In this document: positions 47,578 to 60,155 of the stretch, one piece after another
Layout: every line of letters begins with the position of its first letter
Position numbering within the stretch: position 1 is the first letter of the stretch
Assembly (NCBI GenBank): GCA_004431415.1
Contig: QPMI01000220.1
Coordinates: 131,090 to 195,089 of the forward strand
Length of the DNA stretch: 64,000 nucleotides
Origin: Cyanophora paradoxa CCMP329
Lineage: Eukaryota > Plantae > Glaucophyta
Reading direction: 5' to 3'
Translations under genes and position numbers: made by a program
The notes under the pieces: model-generated
Database searches by the model: none
The model's input: only the letters and a program-made list of their open reading frames with translations
What the model was told of the DNA's origin: nothing

Positions 47578-50374
47578 ATGGCCAGCGCGCCCGATCCTCA
47601 CGATTCGGCGAAGCCGGACCCCCCTCCTCATCCTCCCGATCCGCCGTCGGCGAAGCCCGCCGCACTCTCCACGCCCGTCCACCATCCACACACAACTCAC
47701 CAGCACACTCCGCGACAGCGGTCCTTCGTCCTTAGCGGTACGTCCCGAATCGAAGCATACGAATCGCCCCGGCCCGGGTGGTCCCGCTCGCATTAGTCTT
47801 CAGCCGTCATTATGTGGAGACGCTGACGTACGCCCCGACCCGGCCCCGCAGACTCGAAGGTGCAGCTTGTCAAGGCCGCGAAGGACTCGGAGAGCTCGCC
47901 AGACATTGTCGGTCAGTCGCTCGTGCATTGTGCCGCACGTCGCACCGACGTCGGCATACGATGCAGGCCTGGACAAGGAGTCGGCGAAGCACCACTTCGA
48001 GAAGTTGGAGACGAAGCTGCTGGAGAAGCTCGATGAGGACCAGGCGCAGGTGGTCTACTCGAAGCCGAGGCCCGTGTTCCAGTTCTCAGACGCGATGCCC
48101 ACTGTCAAGGTCGGCGCGCCCCGCCCCGCGCAGCGTTCAGGCGGCCGCGCCTTCTGACGCCGCGCGCGTCATCTGATGCGCCCTTCCGCGCAGAGCGCCA
48201 TTGCGAACATGATCGAGGTTCGCGAGGCCCAGTTCGGGCGGCCGTTGCCGCGCGCCGACCTCCGGCGCGCGTCCGCGCTCATACCGGCGATTTGATCCGC
48301 CGGCGCCGCTTCGCAGGACGACTTCACCAAGTGCTTCCAGTCCAGGCAGCCCGAACGATGGAACTGGAACTTCTGTGCGTGCTTCCCGCGCGGCGCCGCT
48401 TCGCCGCGGCGCCGCTTCGCCCCGCCCCGCCCCGCCTCGCCCCGCCGGCCGCTCACGCGCCGGCCGCGCCGGCAGACCTCTTCCCCATCTGGGCCGTCGG
48501 CGTAGTCGTCCGCTACGGCATCCTCTTCCCCCTCCGGTGCGCGGGCGGCACGCGTACCCCCCCGCGCGGCTGAGGCCGTACCCCGCAGCCTCCTCGCGCT
48601 CGTCACGGGCTTCCTCTCCTTCGTCATCGCCTTCACCGCCGTCCGCAACACCGTCCGCGACGTCAAGCGCCGCCAGCAATACGAGGCCCGCCCGCCCGCC
48701 CGCCCGCTTGCTCGATCCGACCTCGCCGGAGCCTGACGCCGCTTCGCCCGCAGCGGTCCCTGATCTCCTTCTGCTGCGGCGTCTTCGTCATGTCGTGGAG
48801 CGGTGTCATTAAGTACCACGGCACGCGCCCGCCCCGCCGCGCCAACCAGGTGCCCCCTCCCCCTCCCCCGCCCCCGCCGGGCTCCCGCCCCCGCCCCCGC
48901 GCCGCGCCTGAGCGGGCCCCACGCCACGCCCCAGGTCTTCGTGGCGAACCACACGTCCATGATCGATTTCATCATCCTCCAGCAGATGGCCTCCTAGCGC
49001 GCCCCGCGGCCCCCGCCCCGCCCCGCGCCCCTGACGCCCGCCCCCCGCAGCGCCACGGTCGGGCAGCACCACCCCGGGTGCGCCCCGCGCCGTGCCCGCC
49101 CCTCTCCCCTGCACCGCGCTGACGCAGGCGCGGGCAGATGGGTGGGGTGGTGCCAGGACAACCTGCTCGCCTGCCTCGGCTGCATCTGGTTCGACCGCAA
49201 GGCCGTCCGCCCCACCCCGCCCCGCCCCGCCCGCCCGCTCCCGGCCTGCATCCCAGCCGACCCGCCCGCCCGCCCGCCGCAGGCCGAGGACCGGGCCACC
49301 GTCTCCCGCCTGTGCGCCCCGCCCCGCCCCGCCCCGCCCCGCCGGCGGCCCGGCCCCCTGAGAGCCCCCCGCAGGCTGAAGGAGCACATCGCCAAGGCCG
49401 ACAACAACCCCCTCCTCATCTTCCCCGAGGGCCCGCCCGCCCCCGCCCCGGCGTGTACATTTACCTTGGGCGCCTGACGTCGGCGGGGGCGGGGGCGCAG
49501 GCACGTGCGTGAACAACGAGTACTGCTGCATGTTCAAGCGCGGCTCCTTCGAGCTCGGCGCCACCGTGTACCCCGTCGGTGCGTCCCGCGTCGCGTACCC
49601 CCGCCGCCATCGCGTACCCCCGCTGACTCGGCGCCCTCCCCCTGCAGCCATCAAGTACAAGTGAGCCGGCGCCGCCCCCTCCCCCCCGCCCCCGTCTGAC
49701 CCTCGCGCAGTAAAATTTTCGTGGACGCGTTCTGGAACAGGTACCCCCCCCGTTCGCGCTCAGGGCCGGGCGGTTCGCCGATCGCGGGCGCCGCAGCCGG
49801 CAGCAGTCGTTCGCGCAGCACCTGTTCCACCTTATGACCTCCTGGTGTGTCGTCTGCGACGTGTGCGTGGCCGCGTACCCCCCGAAGCCGCGCGGGGCCC
49901 TCCCACGCCTCCCCGCCCCCCACCGGGCCGCGCGGCGGCAGGTGGTACCTCGAGCCGCAGACGATTCGGCCCAACGAGGACGCCATCGCCTTCGCCAACC
50001 GCGTCAAGGTACCCCGCCCACACTTCACCCCCCCCCCCCGGCTTCGTTCTCAGCGGGCGGCGCAGACGATCATCGCGTCCAAGGCGGGGCTCGTCGAGGT
50101 GCCCTGGGACGGGTACCTCAAGTACTTCCAGCCCTCCAAGAAGTTCACCGAGGCCAAGCAGGTACCCCCCGAGACCTCTTCCCCCCCATCCCCGACCTGT
50201 TCTAATAGCGTACCCCCGCAGCGGAAGTTCGCGGAGGCGCTGCTGGGGCGGTACGCGGCGGACCCATCGGTGCCCTTCGTGGCCCCCCCGGGCGAGGACG
50301 GCGAGGCGAGGGCGGCCGGGCAGGGGCCCGGGGCGGCCGGCCTCACCCGCCGCCACGTCTCCGAGTCCGAGTGA
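47578..50374 (+). CDS. GPAT9: ER glycerol-3-phosphate acyltransferase GPAT9 (GPAT3/4-like), about 20 exons
   Basis: DDFTKCFQS...WNWNFYLFPIWAVGVVVRYGILFPLR, FVMSWSGVIKYHG, VFVANHTSMIDFIILQQ (HX4D), LLIFPEGTCVNNEY..MFKRGSFELGATVYPVAIKY..IFVDAFWNS, LMTSWCVVCDVWYLEPQ, VPWDGYLKY. Confidence 0.92.
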
Positions 50375-51532
50375 GCGGGCGGCCTGTAGGCGGCCTGCGT
50401 GCGGGCCCGGCGGCGCCCCGCCTAGTTTCCATGCATGGGAGGCTTCTATATTCCCTCTTTCAACAGTGGTCTTCAGGGTTCCTTCGAAATCTTCTTCTAG
50501 AGGCTTGCAAATGTACATATTTAGTGCTCGCTGTGGGTCTGCCTGGGTTATTGAGGTTGTGCATCGCGGCTACAGTCAATTCCTAGTGTGCTCCGGTATG
50601 AGGCCCTGATGCCCCTCTCTTTAATTATTGGGGATCTGCAGCTGGGACCCGGGTCCGGCCGTCAACCCGGTAACCCAACTTGGCAACTCATGATCAGTGT
50701 GTGACTTGAAGGGCCAAGCCGCTGAGCCTTGAAGCTCATGATCATCATGGCATCATGCATGAAGGCATTCGAGGTATACATATGTACGTCCGCATGCATA
50801 TGCGTGAACGATGCCCCCTCGCAAATAACTTAGTAAGCCCCGCGCTCATCGTGGCATGCAAAGCCGTGTCTGCAAGACGATCATGGATTTAATAGAGGAA
50901 TAAATGCCGACCTAATTTGAAGGACAGTATTGTCATGTGCACGTCTTGAAAATGAGCACGGCGGGATCACCGTAAAATCGTTGAAGCCTGTTCGCATGCG
51001 GACGTAACGATGAAAACTATCAGCTGCAGCTATAGCTATAGCCAGCCGACACAACCGATCGCGACTCGCGAGTCCTCGCTAATTATAAACTGTACCGAAC
51101 TACGAATTCGAACGTTAACACGCGTAGATATAAAATATGTGGATCTATGATAATCCCCCATGGCCATGGTCAAGGCCGAAAATCTTAAGCTTGAAATTCG
51201 AAGGTTTTTGGCGGACATACAGATGAACGCTATCAGCTAGCTATAGCCATTTACAACTGATCGCGAATGCACGAAGACTGAATACCGTAGTACATAATTT
51301 TGTATATATATAAGGATCGTTAAGCTGTAGGTTAGCGTAGCTGTGTACACTCTAGATCTGAACACAATGCACATTGAATGAAACGAAATGCAGCCCAAGG
51401 AACGGTAAGACAGCCCCCGCCTGCGCCTACAGCTGTTGCTGCCCAGCGAAATATCTACACGCACGCCGCTCGCGGGGCGGGGCGGGCCCAGAAACGAGGC
51501 GCGAGATCGAGCGCCGCGGGCGACCCCGCCGC

Positions 51533-54500
51533 CTACTCGTCCTCGTCCTCCTTGCCGATGCCGACGAAGTAGTGGTGCAGGTGCACGCACTGCGCGCGCG
51601 CGCGCAGCGGCCGCGTCAGAGCGTCGCATGCGGGGCGGGCGGGCGGGCACAGGGCGCGGGCCTTTAGAACGACGTCCTTGGGGACCATCTTGAGGATCTG
51701 GCCGGCGCGCCCCGTCTCCTCCCCGAGGCGGGCGAGCATGGGGGCGAAGAGGTAGATGTAGAGGGCGGCGAGGAAGAGGATGACGAAGGTGAGGATGAGC
51801 GCCTCCATCATCTCGATGACGCCCATGGAGGTGAGGGACTCGGCGACGAAGGCGGCGGCCGCCTGGTTCAGCCCGTCGTCCAGGTCCCCGTCGTCGATCT
51901 CCATCAGCAGCTCCAGCTTCGTCGACGTCAGCTCGTAGTTCTTGTGCTGCGCGCCGGCGGCGTCAGCGCCGGCGGCGGCGGCGGCGGCGGCGGCCGGAGG
52001 GGCGGGGCGGTGCGGGGCGCGCCCTGACGACGCTGGGGTCCTCCTTGCCGGTGAGGAGGAGGTCGGGGGCTGTCTCCTGCAGGATCTCCGTGATGAGGTC
52101 CACCACGCCGATCACCAGCGCGTCCAGCCCGTTCACCACCAGCTGCATGTCCGTCACCCGCCCCTCCGTGCACTTCGCCTCCTGCGGCGCGGCGAGGGGC
52201 GCGGGGTCAGGCGGGGCGGGGCCGGAGGGGCGGCTGCGGCGGGGGGCCCGGGCCCGGGCGCGGGCGCGGGGCGGACGTTGATGCGGAGGCAGGTGGACAT
52301 GTACATGACCTCGTCGAGCTGCTTGTTGCGGCCGTTGGCGCCGAGGACGTGGAGGTCCGTGTCGCCGAACTTGAGCGCCTGGTGGATCTCCTTGAAGAGC
52401 GCCGCCTTCTTCACCAGCCGCCCGTAGATGTCGTCCCGCTCCAGGAAGATCCCGTCTGAGAGCAGGCGTCGGCCGGGGCCCCGGGGGCCGCAGCGACCGC
52501 ACGCCGGCGCGCACCGTTGATGTAGAGCTCGCGGGCGTAGAAGGCGACCTCGCGCGCAATCGAGCGCCGCTGCGCCCCGCCACGCCCGTCAGAGGGCGCT
52601 GGCGAGGGGGGCGGGCTGCCCGGCGGGCCGCGGCGCACGCGGCCGGCGAGGTTGATCTCGTACGAGTAGTTCTTGCCGGCGTCGAGGATGACGAAGCAGA
52701 CCACGAAGTTGATGATGAAGATGCCGGCCTGCGCGCGCGAGCGATCGCGATCGCGGCGAGGGTCGGCGATCGGCGCGGGGCGCGGGGGCGCGGGGGCGGG
52801 GCGCGGCGCGCAGGCCGCGCACGATCACGAAGAAGGAGGCCGTGTACTTGTACGTGAGCCTGCGGGGGGAACCCCGGCGTGAGTCCCGGCGGCCGCGGGC
52901 CCCGCGGGGTCGGCGCGGGCGGGCCGGGCCGGCCGGGGCGGGCGGGCGGGGCGCACTTGGTGAGGATGTCGGCGCCCTGCTTCTCGCCCTCGTCGCCCTT
53001 CTGCTTCTTCTTCTCCTCCTTCTTCTTCTTGCGCTCCTTCTCCTTCTCCTTCTGCTTCTCGTCGTCCGAGTCCTTGCCCTTCTTCTCCTTCTTCTTGCCC
53101 TCGTCCCCGCTGCTCTCCGCCCCCTCCTTGGTCTTCTTGTGCTCGTGCACCTTGTGCGCGTGCGCCTTCGAGTCCTCCTCCTGGGCCACCCCCTCGGCGA
53201 CCTTGCGGAGGATGCCGCCGCCGGCGCCGCCGGTGCTGTTGATGCGCCCCAGCTTGGGCTTCTGCGTGAGCTGGATGCTCGCCGTGCGGCTGCGGCGCTT
53301 GGCGGCGGCGGCGCGCTCGTCGTCTGAGCCGCTGGAGGCGCTGTTGCGGGCGACGCTCGAGTTGAAGGAGCCGGACTTGAGCTTGCCGCCGAGGGCGAGC
53401 TCCAGGCCCTCCTTGCCGCCCTTGCCGCCCTTCTCGGCGCTCGCGCCGCGCAGCACGTGCACGGCCGCCCCGCTCGCGTCCTCCTGCAGCTCCGGCACCG
53501 CCAGCACCTCCGCCTCCAGCGAGCCGGCGTCGCTGCGGCCGCCGGCGCGCCCGCTCGAGGCCCCCTCGCCGCCCTCCTCGGGCGCCGCCAGGCCCTCCAG
53601 GATGTCCCGCAGCGGCGCCGACGTCACCTCGAGGTCGCCGACCACTGCGGGGGCCCGCGCCGGCCCCGCCGCCACCGATCCCGCCATCAGCCGCTGCCGG
53701 TCGCTCCCGCGCGACGGCGGCGCCGACGCCCGCCGGCTCCCCGCGCTGCCGCCCCGGCTGCCGGCCGCCCGCGCCGACGCATCCTCCGCCGCCGCCGCCG
53801 CGGCCGGCGCGACGGGCGCCTCGAGGGCGGCGAGGTCCTGCGCCCGCAGCTTCGACTCGGTGCGGTGCGGCTTGCGCTCCTCGCCGCCGCTCGCCGCCGC
53901 CTCGTCGGCCTCGGCGAGCGTCTGCGTCGCGTTGCCGTCCGTCTCCGAGGCCTCGCCGGCGCCCTTCTTGGCTTCGGCCTCGTACTTCTTGCCCTTCTTC
54001 GAGGCCTTGTCCCTCTTCTCCTTCTTGCCCTTCTTGCGCCGCTCCTTCTTCTCCTCCTTGTCGCCCTCCGAGTCGGAGGCGTCGTCCTTGGAGGGGCGGC
54101 GGCGCTCCTTCTTGGCGCGGCGGGCCGACTTGGGGCGGCCCTCGTCGTCCGACGCGCCGCTGCGCCCGCTCTTCGAGCTGCGCGAGCTGTCCGACGAGTT
54201 GCCGCCCTTGCCGCCCTCCTCCCCCTCCTCCTCCGAGTCCCCCTCCCGGTCCCGCTTCTGCGCCTTGCTGTAGTACTTCGCCACCTGCTTCAGCACTGCG
54301 CGGCGCCGCCGTCAGGGCCGGGGCCGGGGGCGCGAGGCCTCGTGCCGGGGCGGGGCGGGGCGCACGGGGCCGGGGGATGCCCTCGAGGATGTCGGAGACG
54401 CCGCGCATCGTCACCCGCACCTTCTTGAACGAGGGCCTGCCCGCCGCCCGCCGCGAGCTCAGCGAGGCGCCACCGGCGGGGCGCGGCGGGGGGGCGGGGC

Positions 54501-57500
54501 CGGCGGGGGCCGCGCGCACCGGAAGACGAAGAGGGCCTCGCAGAGGAGGGTGAGGCAGGAGAAGAGGCAGATGGCGAGCAGGATGTACTTCGCCTTCTCG
54601 ATCGTATTCATCACCTGCGCCGGCACGACCCGTCAGCCCCGCGGGGCGCCTCCGAGGCCCCCCCGCCCCCTCCCCCTCCCGTGCGCACGTCGTCCTCGTA
54701 GACGCCGGCGCCGACGTTGAGGGCGTCGAGGATGCCGAAGAGGGCGTTCTGGAAGACGTACTTGACCTCCCGGATCTTCGCGATGTCTGCCCGCAGCCGG
54801 CCCCGCACGGGGCGCCCGTCAGCGCCGAGGCCGCCCGCCCGCCGCGCCGGGGCGCACCGCGGAAGTGCTCGGGGTTCATGAGGGAGATGCGGCGGCACAT
54901 GATCATGCTGGGGCGCCCCGGCGTCAGGGCGGGCGCTGGGCGGGGCGCCGGCGGGGCGGGCGGCGGGGGCGGACATGGTGTTGCCGGCGTCCCAGATGGT
55001 CTGCTTCTCCTTGATCTCGTAGACGGGGGGCCCCGGGTAGTGGAGCACGACCGCCGTCTCCTTGTCCTTCCAGTACTTCACGATCTCGGGGTTCGTGCTC
55101 GGCGGCATCCCCGCCGCCACCCCCGCTGCGCGCGCGCGCCCGCCGGCTCAGGGGGGCGGGGCGCGCGCGGGGCGGGGCGGGCGGGCGGGCGCACAGTCGT
55201 AGCCGAAGTAGAGGCCGCGGTGGTCGTAGGAAAAGTCCTTGGAGCGGATGCCCACCTCGCTCGCCCAGTGCTTGAAGAGCGCCGAGTCTGCCCGCCCCGC
55301 CGCCGTCGGCGGGGCGGGGCGGGGCGGGGCGAGGCGGGGCCGCACTGTTGGTGATGGCGCCGAGGTGCATCCAGCGGATCATGTTGTTCACGGCCACGAC
55401 GCGGCGGCGCTGGAAGGAGATGAAGCGCAGGCGGTTGTTGTTCTGCGAGTACTCCACGAAGAGCAGCTGCCGGCGGCGTCAGGCGGCCGGGGCGGGCGGG
55501 GCGGCGCGCGGCGGACGGGCGGGGCGGACCTTGACGGCGATGAACATGGCGCAGGCGAGACCGCCCAGCAGCAGAAGACCGACGATAACGCCCCTGCGCG
55601 CAGAGGCCGCCGCCGTCAGCGTCGGCCGCCCCGCGCGCCAGCGGGCGGGAGGCGGCCGGTGGCGGGGGGCACCAGAAGAGGCGCTTGACGGCCTTGGTCT
55701 CGTTGGAGCGGAGCTTGAGCTCCTTGTTGGCGGCGCGCTTCTTGGCGGCGGCCGAGGAGGAGGCCCCCGACGAGGCCGACTGCGACTCCGAGGCCGACTG
55801 CATGCCCCCGCCGGCCGACTGGCTCTGCGACTGGCTCTGCGACTGCGACGCCGAGAGCGAGGCCGTCTTCGACTCGGACTCCTCGACCTCGTCGGCCTTC
55901 ATGTAGTAGAGCTGTGCCCGCGCCTTGTCGTTCTGCGCGCCGCCGCCGTGAGCCCCGGCGCGGCCGCGGGGGTGCAGGGGCGGCCGGCACCAGGCAGTGC
56001 TCGAGAAAGGAGGCGTAGGAGCGGAGGAGGATCTTCGAGCTGCCGTAGCCTGCGCGCCCGGGCGGTCGGCGGGGCGGTCGGCGGGGGCCGGCGGGGGCCG
56101 GCGGGGCCGGGCCATGCCAGGGGCGGGGGCGCACGCTTGATGAGGACGACGTAGGCGTTCTCGGCGGTCAGCGCCACGTGGTGGATGTCCGCCAGCCTGC
56201 CCCGCCGAGTGAGCGGGGTCTGGGCGGAAAGGATAGGGCGGGGCGGGGCGGCGCACCGGCGGGGGACGTCGTCGAGGGCGCCCACGACGTGCAGGTTCTT
56301 CTTCGTGAGCTGCATCCAGAACTGCCGCGTCAGCTTCAGCGTCTTCGTGTCTGCGCGCCCGGGGGCGTCAGGGCGGCCACATGTACAGACGGTCCGAGCG
56401 ACGTCGACGGGAGGGGCGCGGGGCGGGGCGCACGGCTCTGGCGGGCGCTCTCGTACTGCTTCTTGGCGTCGGCGGAGCTGAAGAGGTCTGCGGAGGCGAC
56501 CTGCCCCGTCTGGCTGTTGTACAGCTGCGCCTGCCGCTCCCAGCTGCCGCCCGCCGGTCAGAGGCGGCTCCTTCGGGCGCGCCCCCGCCCCCGCCAGCGG
56601 GCGGGCGCACAAGAGCTTGGTGGCGTGCAGCTCGTAGCGGTAGTCGATGGTCGGCTCCTTTCGCCACCTGCGGCGGGGCCGGGCCTCAGCGTGAGGGAGC
56701 GGGGGCGGGGAGCGGGGAGCGGGGCGCACCCGATGCGGATCTCGGCGTAGGCGGCGTTCTGGTTGTTCACGAACGCCTTCAGCAGGTTCGCCAGCTGCGC
56801 ATGCGGCCCGCCGGGCCCGTCAGACACGCAGCTGCAGGGGCCGCGCCCGGAGCTCGAGGCGGCGCGCGCGCCTGGAGCTGGAGGTAGACGGTGGTGGGGA
56901 ACTCGGTGATCGCGTAGCGGTAGATCGCCTCCGCTTTCTGCGCCCCCTGCATAAGGAACGAAAAGGAAGGGGAAGGAGGAAAGAGCGCACGGCGACGGCC
57001 GGCGGCGAGTGGTCGCGGTGGAGGAGGACGCGGACGGCGAGCTCGGCGTCGAAGTGGGTCTTGAGGTCCATGTTCGCGACGTCCTCCACCCGCGAGAGCT
57101 TGTCCATCTGCAGGGGGAGGGGTTGGGCGTCAGGCGACAGGCTCGGGCCGGGCCGGACCGGGCCGGGCCGGGCGGGGCGGGGCCGGGCGGCGGCGGCGGG
57201 CGCGGGCGCGGGCGGGCCTGCCAGTAGCGGAACCAGACGAGGGCGAGACCGACGGCGAACATGAAGCCGGCGATGGCGAGGGCGACGGCCGAGCCGAGCG
57301 CCCGGTTCGCCTCGCCCGGCTGCCCCACCGACGTCAGCACGCACGACGCCAGCGCCAGGAACGTCGCCGACGCCAGGAAGCCGCCCCGCTGCGGGCGGGA
57401 GGTCGGCCCGGGGCCCGGGCCGGGACTGCGGCCGGGGCCGGGACGGGCGCGCACGATGTAGTTCATGAGGGGCTTGTAGGAGGGGAGGAACTTGTAGTTG

Positions 57501-59025
57501 AGGAGGAGGGGGTAGGCGGTGCAGCCGAGGGAGACGATGCAGGCGATGACGTTGGTGGTGGGCACGGCGATCGTCGCCGCCACCATCGCGACGCGCGCGA
57601 GCGCGTACACCGCGTGGAACCTGCCGCCGCGCCCCGGGCGTCGGCTCGGGCTCGGATCGCGGGGGCGAGCGGGGCGGGGGCGGGGCGGGGGCGGACCGGC
57701 CGTGGGGCCGGGACTCGAAGTCGGGGCAGTCGATGTGGTTGTGGCGGAAGAGGAAGAAGTAGAGGAGGGAGATGGTGAGGAAGAAGGCCAGGATCGCCCC
57801 CGAGACCGCCGCGTACACCGTCTGCGCCCGCCCCGCCCCGCTCGCCCCGCGCCCGATCGAGGGAGCGAAGGCGCCGCCCCCGGGCGCGCGCACCCACTGG
57901 AGGTCGAGGCAGACGAAGAGGTTCGGCGATTCTGGGTCCGTGGGGAGCGCCGGCCGCAGGTCGTCCTGCCCGCACGCGAACACGTTCGCGTACAGCTGCG
58001 CGCGCGCGCGTCAGGCGGGGAGCTCGAGGGCGCCGGGCCGGGATTCCCGGCGCTGCAGGTGGGCGCGCCTTGAGGTAGGGGATGTACAGCCCGAAGATGA
58101 AGCAGCGGGCCGCCATGGACATGTAGATCTGGATGTCCCGCCCCTTGCCCTTCTGCGCGGCGGTACGCGTCAGCCCGGGCGCGCGCGCCGCCGCGTCCCG
58201 GCCCGGGCCCCCGGCCGCGCAGCCGCACCGACTGCCTCAGGATGTAGTACCCGAACGCCAGGATGACGTAGAGGGTCACCGTGAAGTAGACCCAGAACGT
58301 TTTCTGCGGCGCGCCGTGAGGCGGAGCCTCTGGCGCGCGCGGCCGGCGCGGCGGACCGTGAAGCCCTCCCATGTGTGCTGCGTGAAGAGGTTGTGGAGGT
58401 CGAGCCAGGAGAGGAGCGGCCGCGTGACGCCCGCGTCGAAGCCTGCGACGAACGCGCGCGCGCGATCGGCCCCGGCCCCCGGTCCGAGTCCGGAGGCACT
58501 CCGCCACTCGAGGCGGGGCCTAGCCGCCAAACGCACCCGAGAACCTTCCAATGACTAGAGCTAGCAGCTGGAGCCCGTCCACGATGTTCCAGATGACGGC
58601 CAGTACTTGCTCTGCCGGCCGCGAGTTCAGCGCGGAAACTTGCGCGTGCTCAGAGCCCGGTGGGTTAGCGCTAGCAGCTGACGCATACCTCTCCTGTTGT
58701 TGTACTTCTTCGTTGTGATCTCGGTCTGGGCGCGGCAGGGCGAGCTGTTAGAAGTGGAAACTGCCCGTAAAACGAGCGCCGACAGGCCGGCAGACCAGGG
58801 CCACTTGTACCGCGAAGACAGACCGCCATAGCTGCGCAATAAGGACAGCGTTAGGCGGTCCGATGCGACGGGGAGGCTTGCGCGTCGGCCGCACCCGGTC
58901 CTCGTTCTGACAGACACCGGGCGCAGGTAAGTCAGGGCGGCGTCAGCAACGAGTCTGCGGCCTTTCGGCAAGCACGAAGGCACCTTGCCGACTGCTCCAT
59001 CTTCGGCGATCCGCTTGGTCTCCAT
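51533..59025 (-). CDS. TmcB/TmcC-like multi-pass membrane protein, apparently without the usual PAS domain (multi-exon; start uncertain)
   Basis: N-terminal TM bundle (GLQLLAL, NLFVCLDLQW, HGRFHAVY, LPSYKPLMNYIRGGF). TPR-like segment (AYAEIR..PTIDYRYELH..FWMQL..YASFLEHCL). Two further TM clusters with EINLAGR.RSIARE, a Lys/Glu/Ser-rich linker, and a C-terminal helix ending ILKMVPKDVV. Confidence 0.7.
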
Positions 59026-60155
59026 CGTAGACCGCTGCGGCTAGACGTACGCGAGATCCTCGGGCCACAAGGCCGGAGCTGGTCGTTCGCCGCTTCTACT
59101 GTGCCACCGCAGGGCTTCCACGCATAGAGCTCGTCTATCTTGGGCGCGACGGAGTCGCCGATCGCCGGACTCAAGACACAAAAGCGGGACGACGGGGAAC
59201 ACCGCGATCTTCGACGGCAGGGGACGAGGGGCTTCGGCAGCTACAAGGACGCTTGCTAGCGCTGGGCTGGGGTGATGGCAAGCGGCCCGGCGGGGACGCT
59301 CTGCGTGTGCTCCTCGCCCTCGCTCCTGGGGAAACTTGGCGTAGGTTGCAGCTGTGGAGCCTGTGGCTAGAGCCGAAAGGCGCTGTAAAATTTTGAGCCG
59401 TGACCCATACCGGATTAAAGAGACATTAACTTACACTTTTTCGAAAAACCCGCAACCTTTTAATAAGTTAATTCGAGTGCCTTAAAAGAAATTGTTGAGA
59501 ATTCCGATTTTACATTACCGGTTTCTATTTATAGCCTTTTGCTATTTGCTTTTAAAGCCGGAACGCACGTACCCCTTTCTGGAGTTAACAAAGCTTGTCG
59601 AAAGAATTACACTGTGTTTAATTTGCAAAGCACTTACAATCCTCCGAAGATCGTACGTGGCGGCGGTGGCGCCCGGCAATGATCGCCGGCTTATATTGCA
59701 ATCATGAATCACAAATTGTTTGTTTTATGAGAGATCTTAGACAACGGCAGTCTCGTGACTCTCGTCGACGTCGACCGCAGACGTCGCCGTCACGTCCGAG
59801 TCGGCACGCTAGCGCTTGCCGCGCCGCGCGCGTTAACCTGGGCCAAGTCCCGGCCAACATGGGCCAACCTCAGGGCCTGCCCGGCTGCGCTGCTGCACAT
59901 GCAGCTGGTAGCCTAGTAGATTTACGGCCGGACGTGGGCGACGGGCGTGGGCCACTGCATTTGGGTTCACAGGGCAAAGTGATTGATGCGAAGGAAAACT
60001 GTCTCCTCTTGAAATCAAGAGCCGTGCACTAGCGGTCGGACAGGACGGAGGCGCAATCGCTTTGAACGCACTCTTAAATCTGCAGAAATGGACATCCAAC
60101 GTCTGGCCGGGGCCGGAACCGCGCGGCCAGGGCGCGTGGGAGCGGCGCCGGGGCC

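Noticed and set aside
49202-49282. A fourth GC-AG intron in GPAT9
   Set aside because: A GT donor 3 nt downstream (49205) gives WFDRKAAEDR, which fits the family spacing better.
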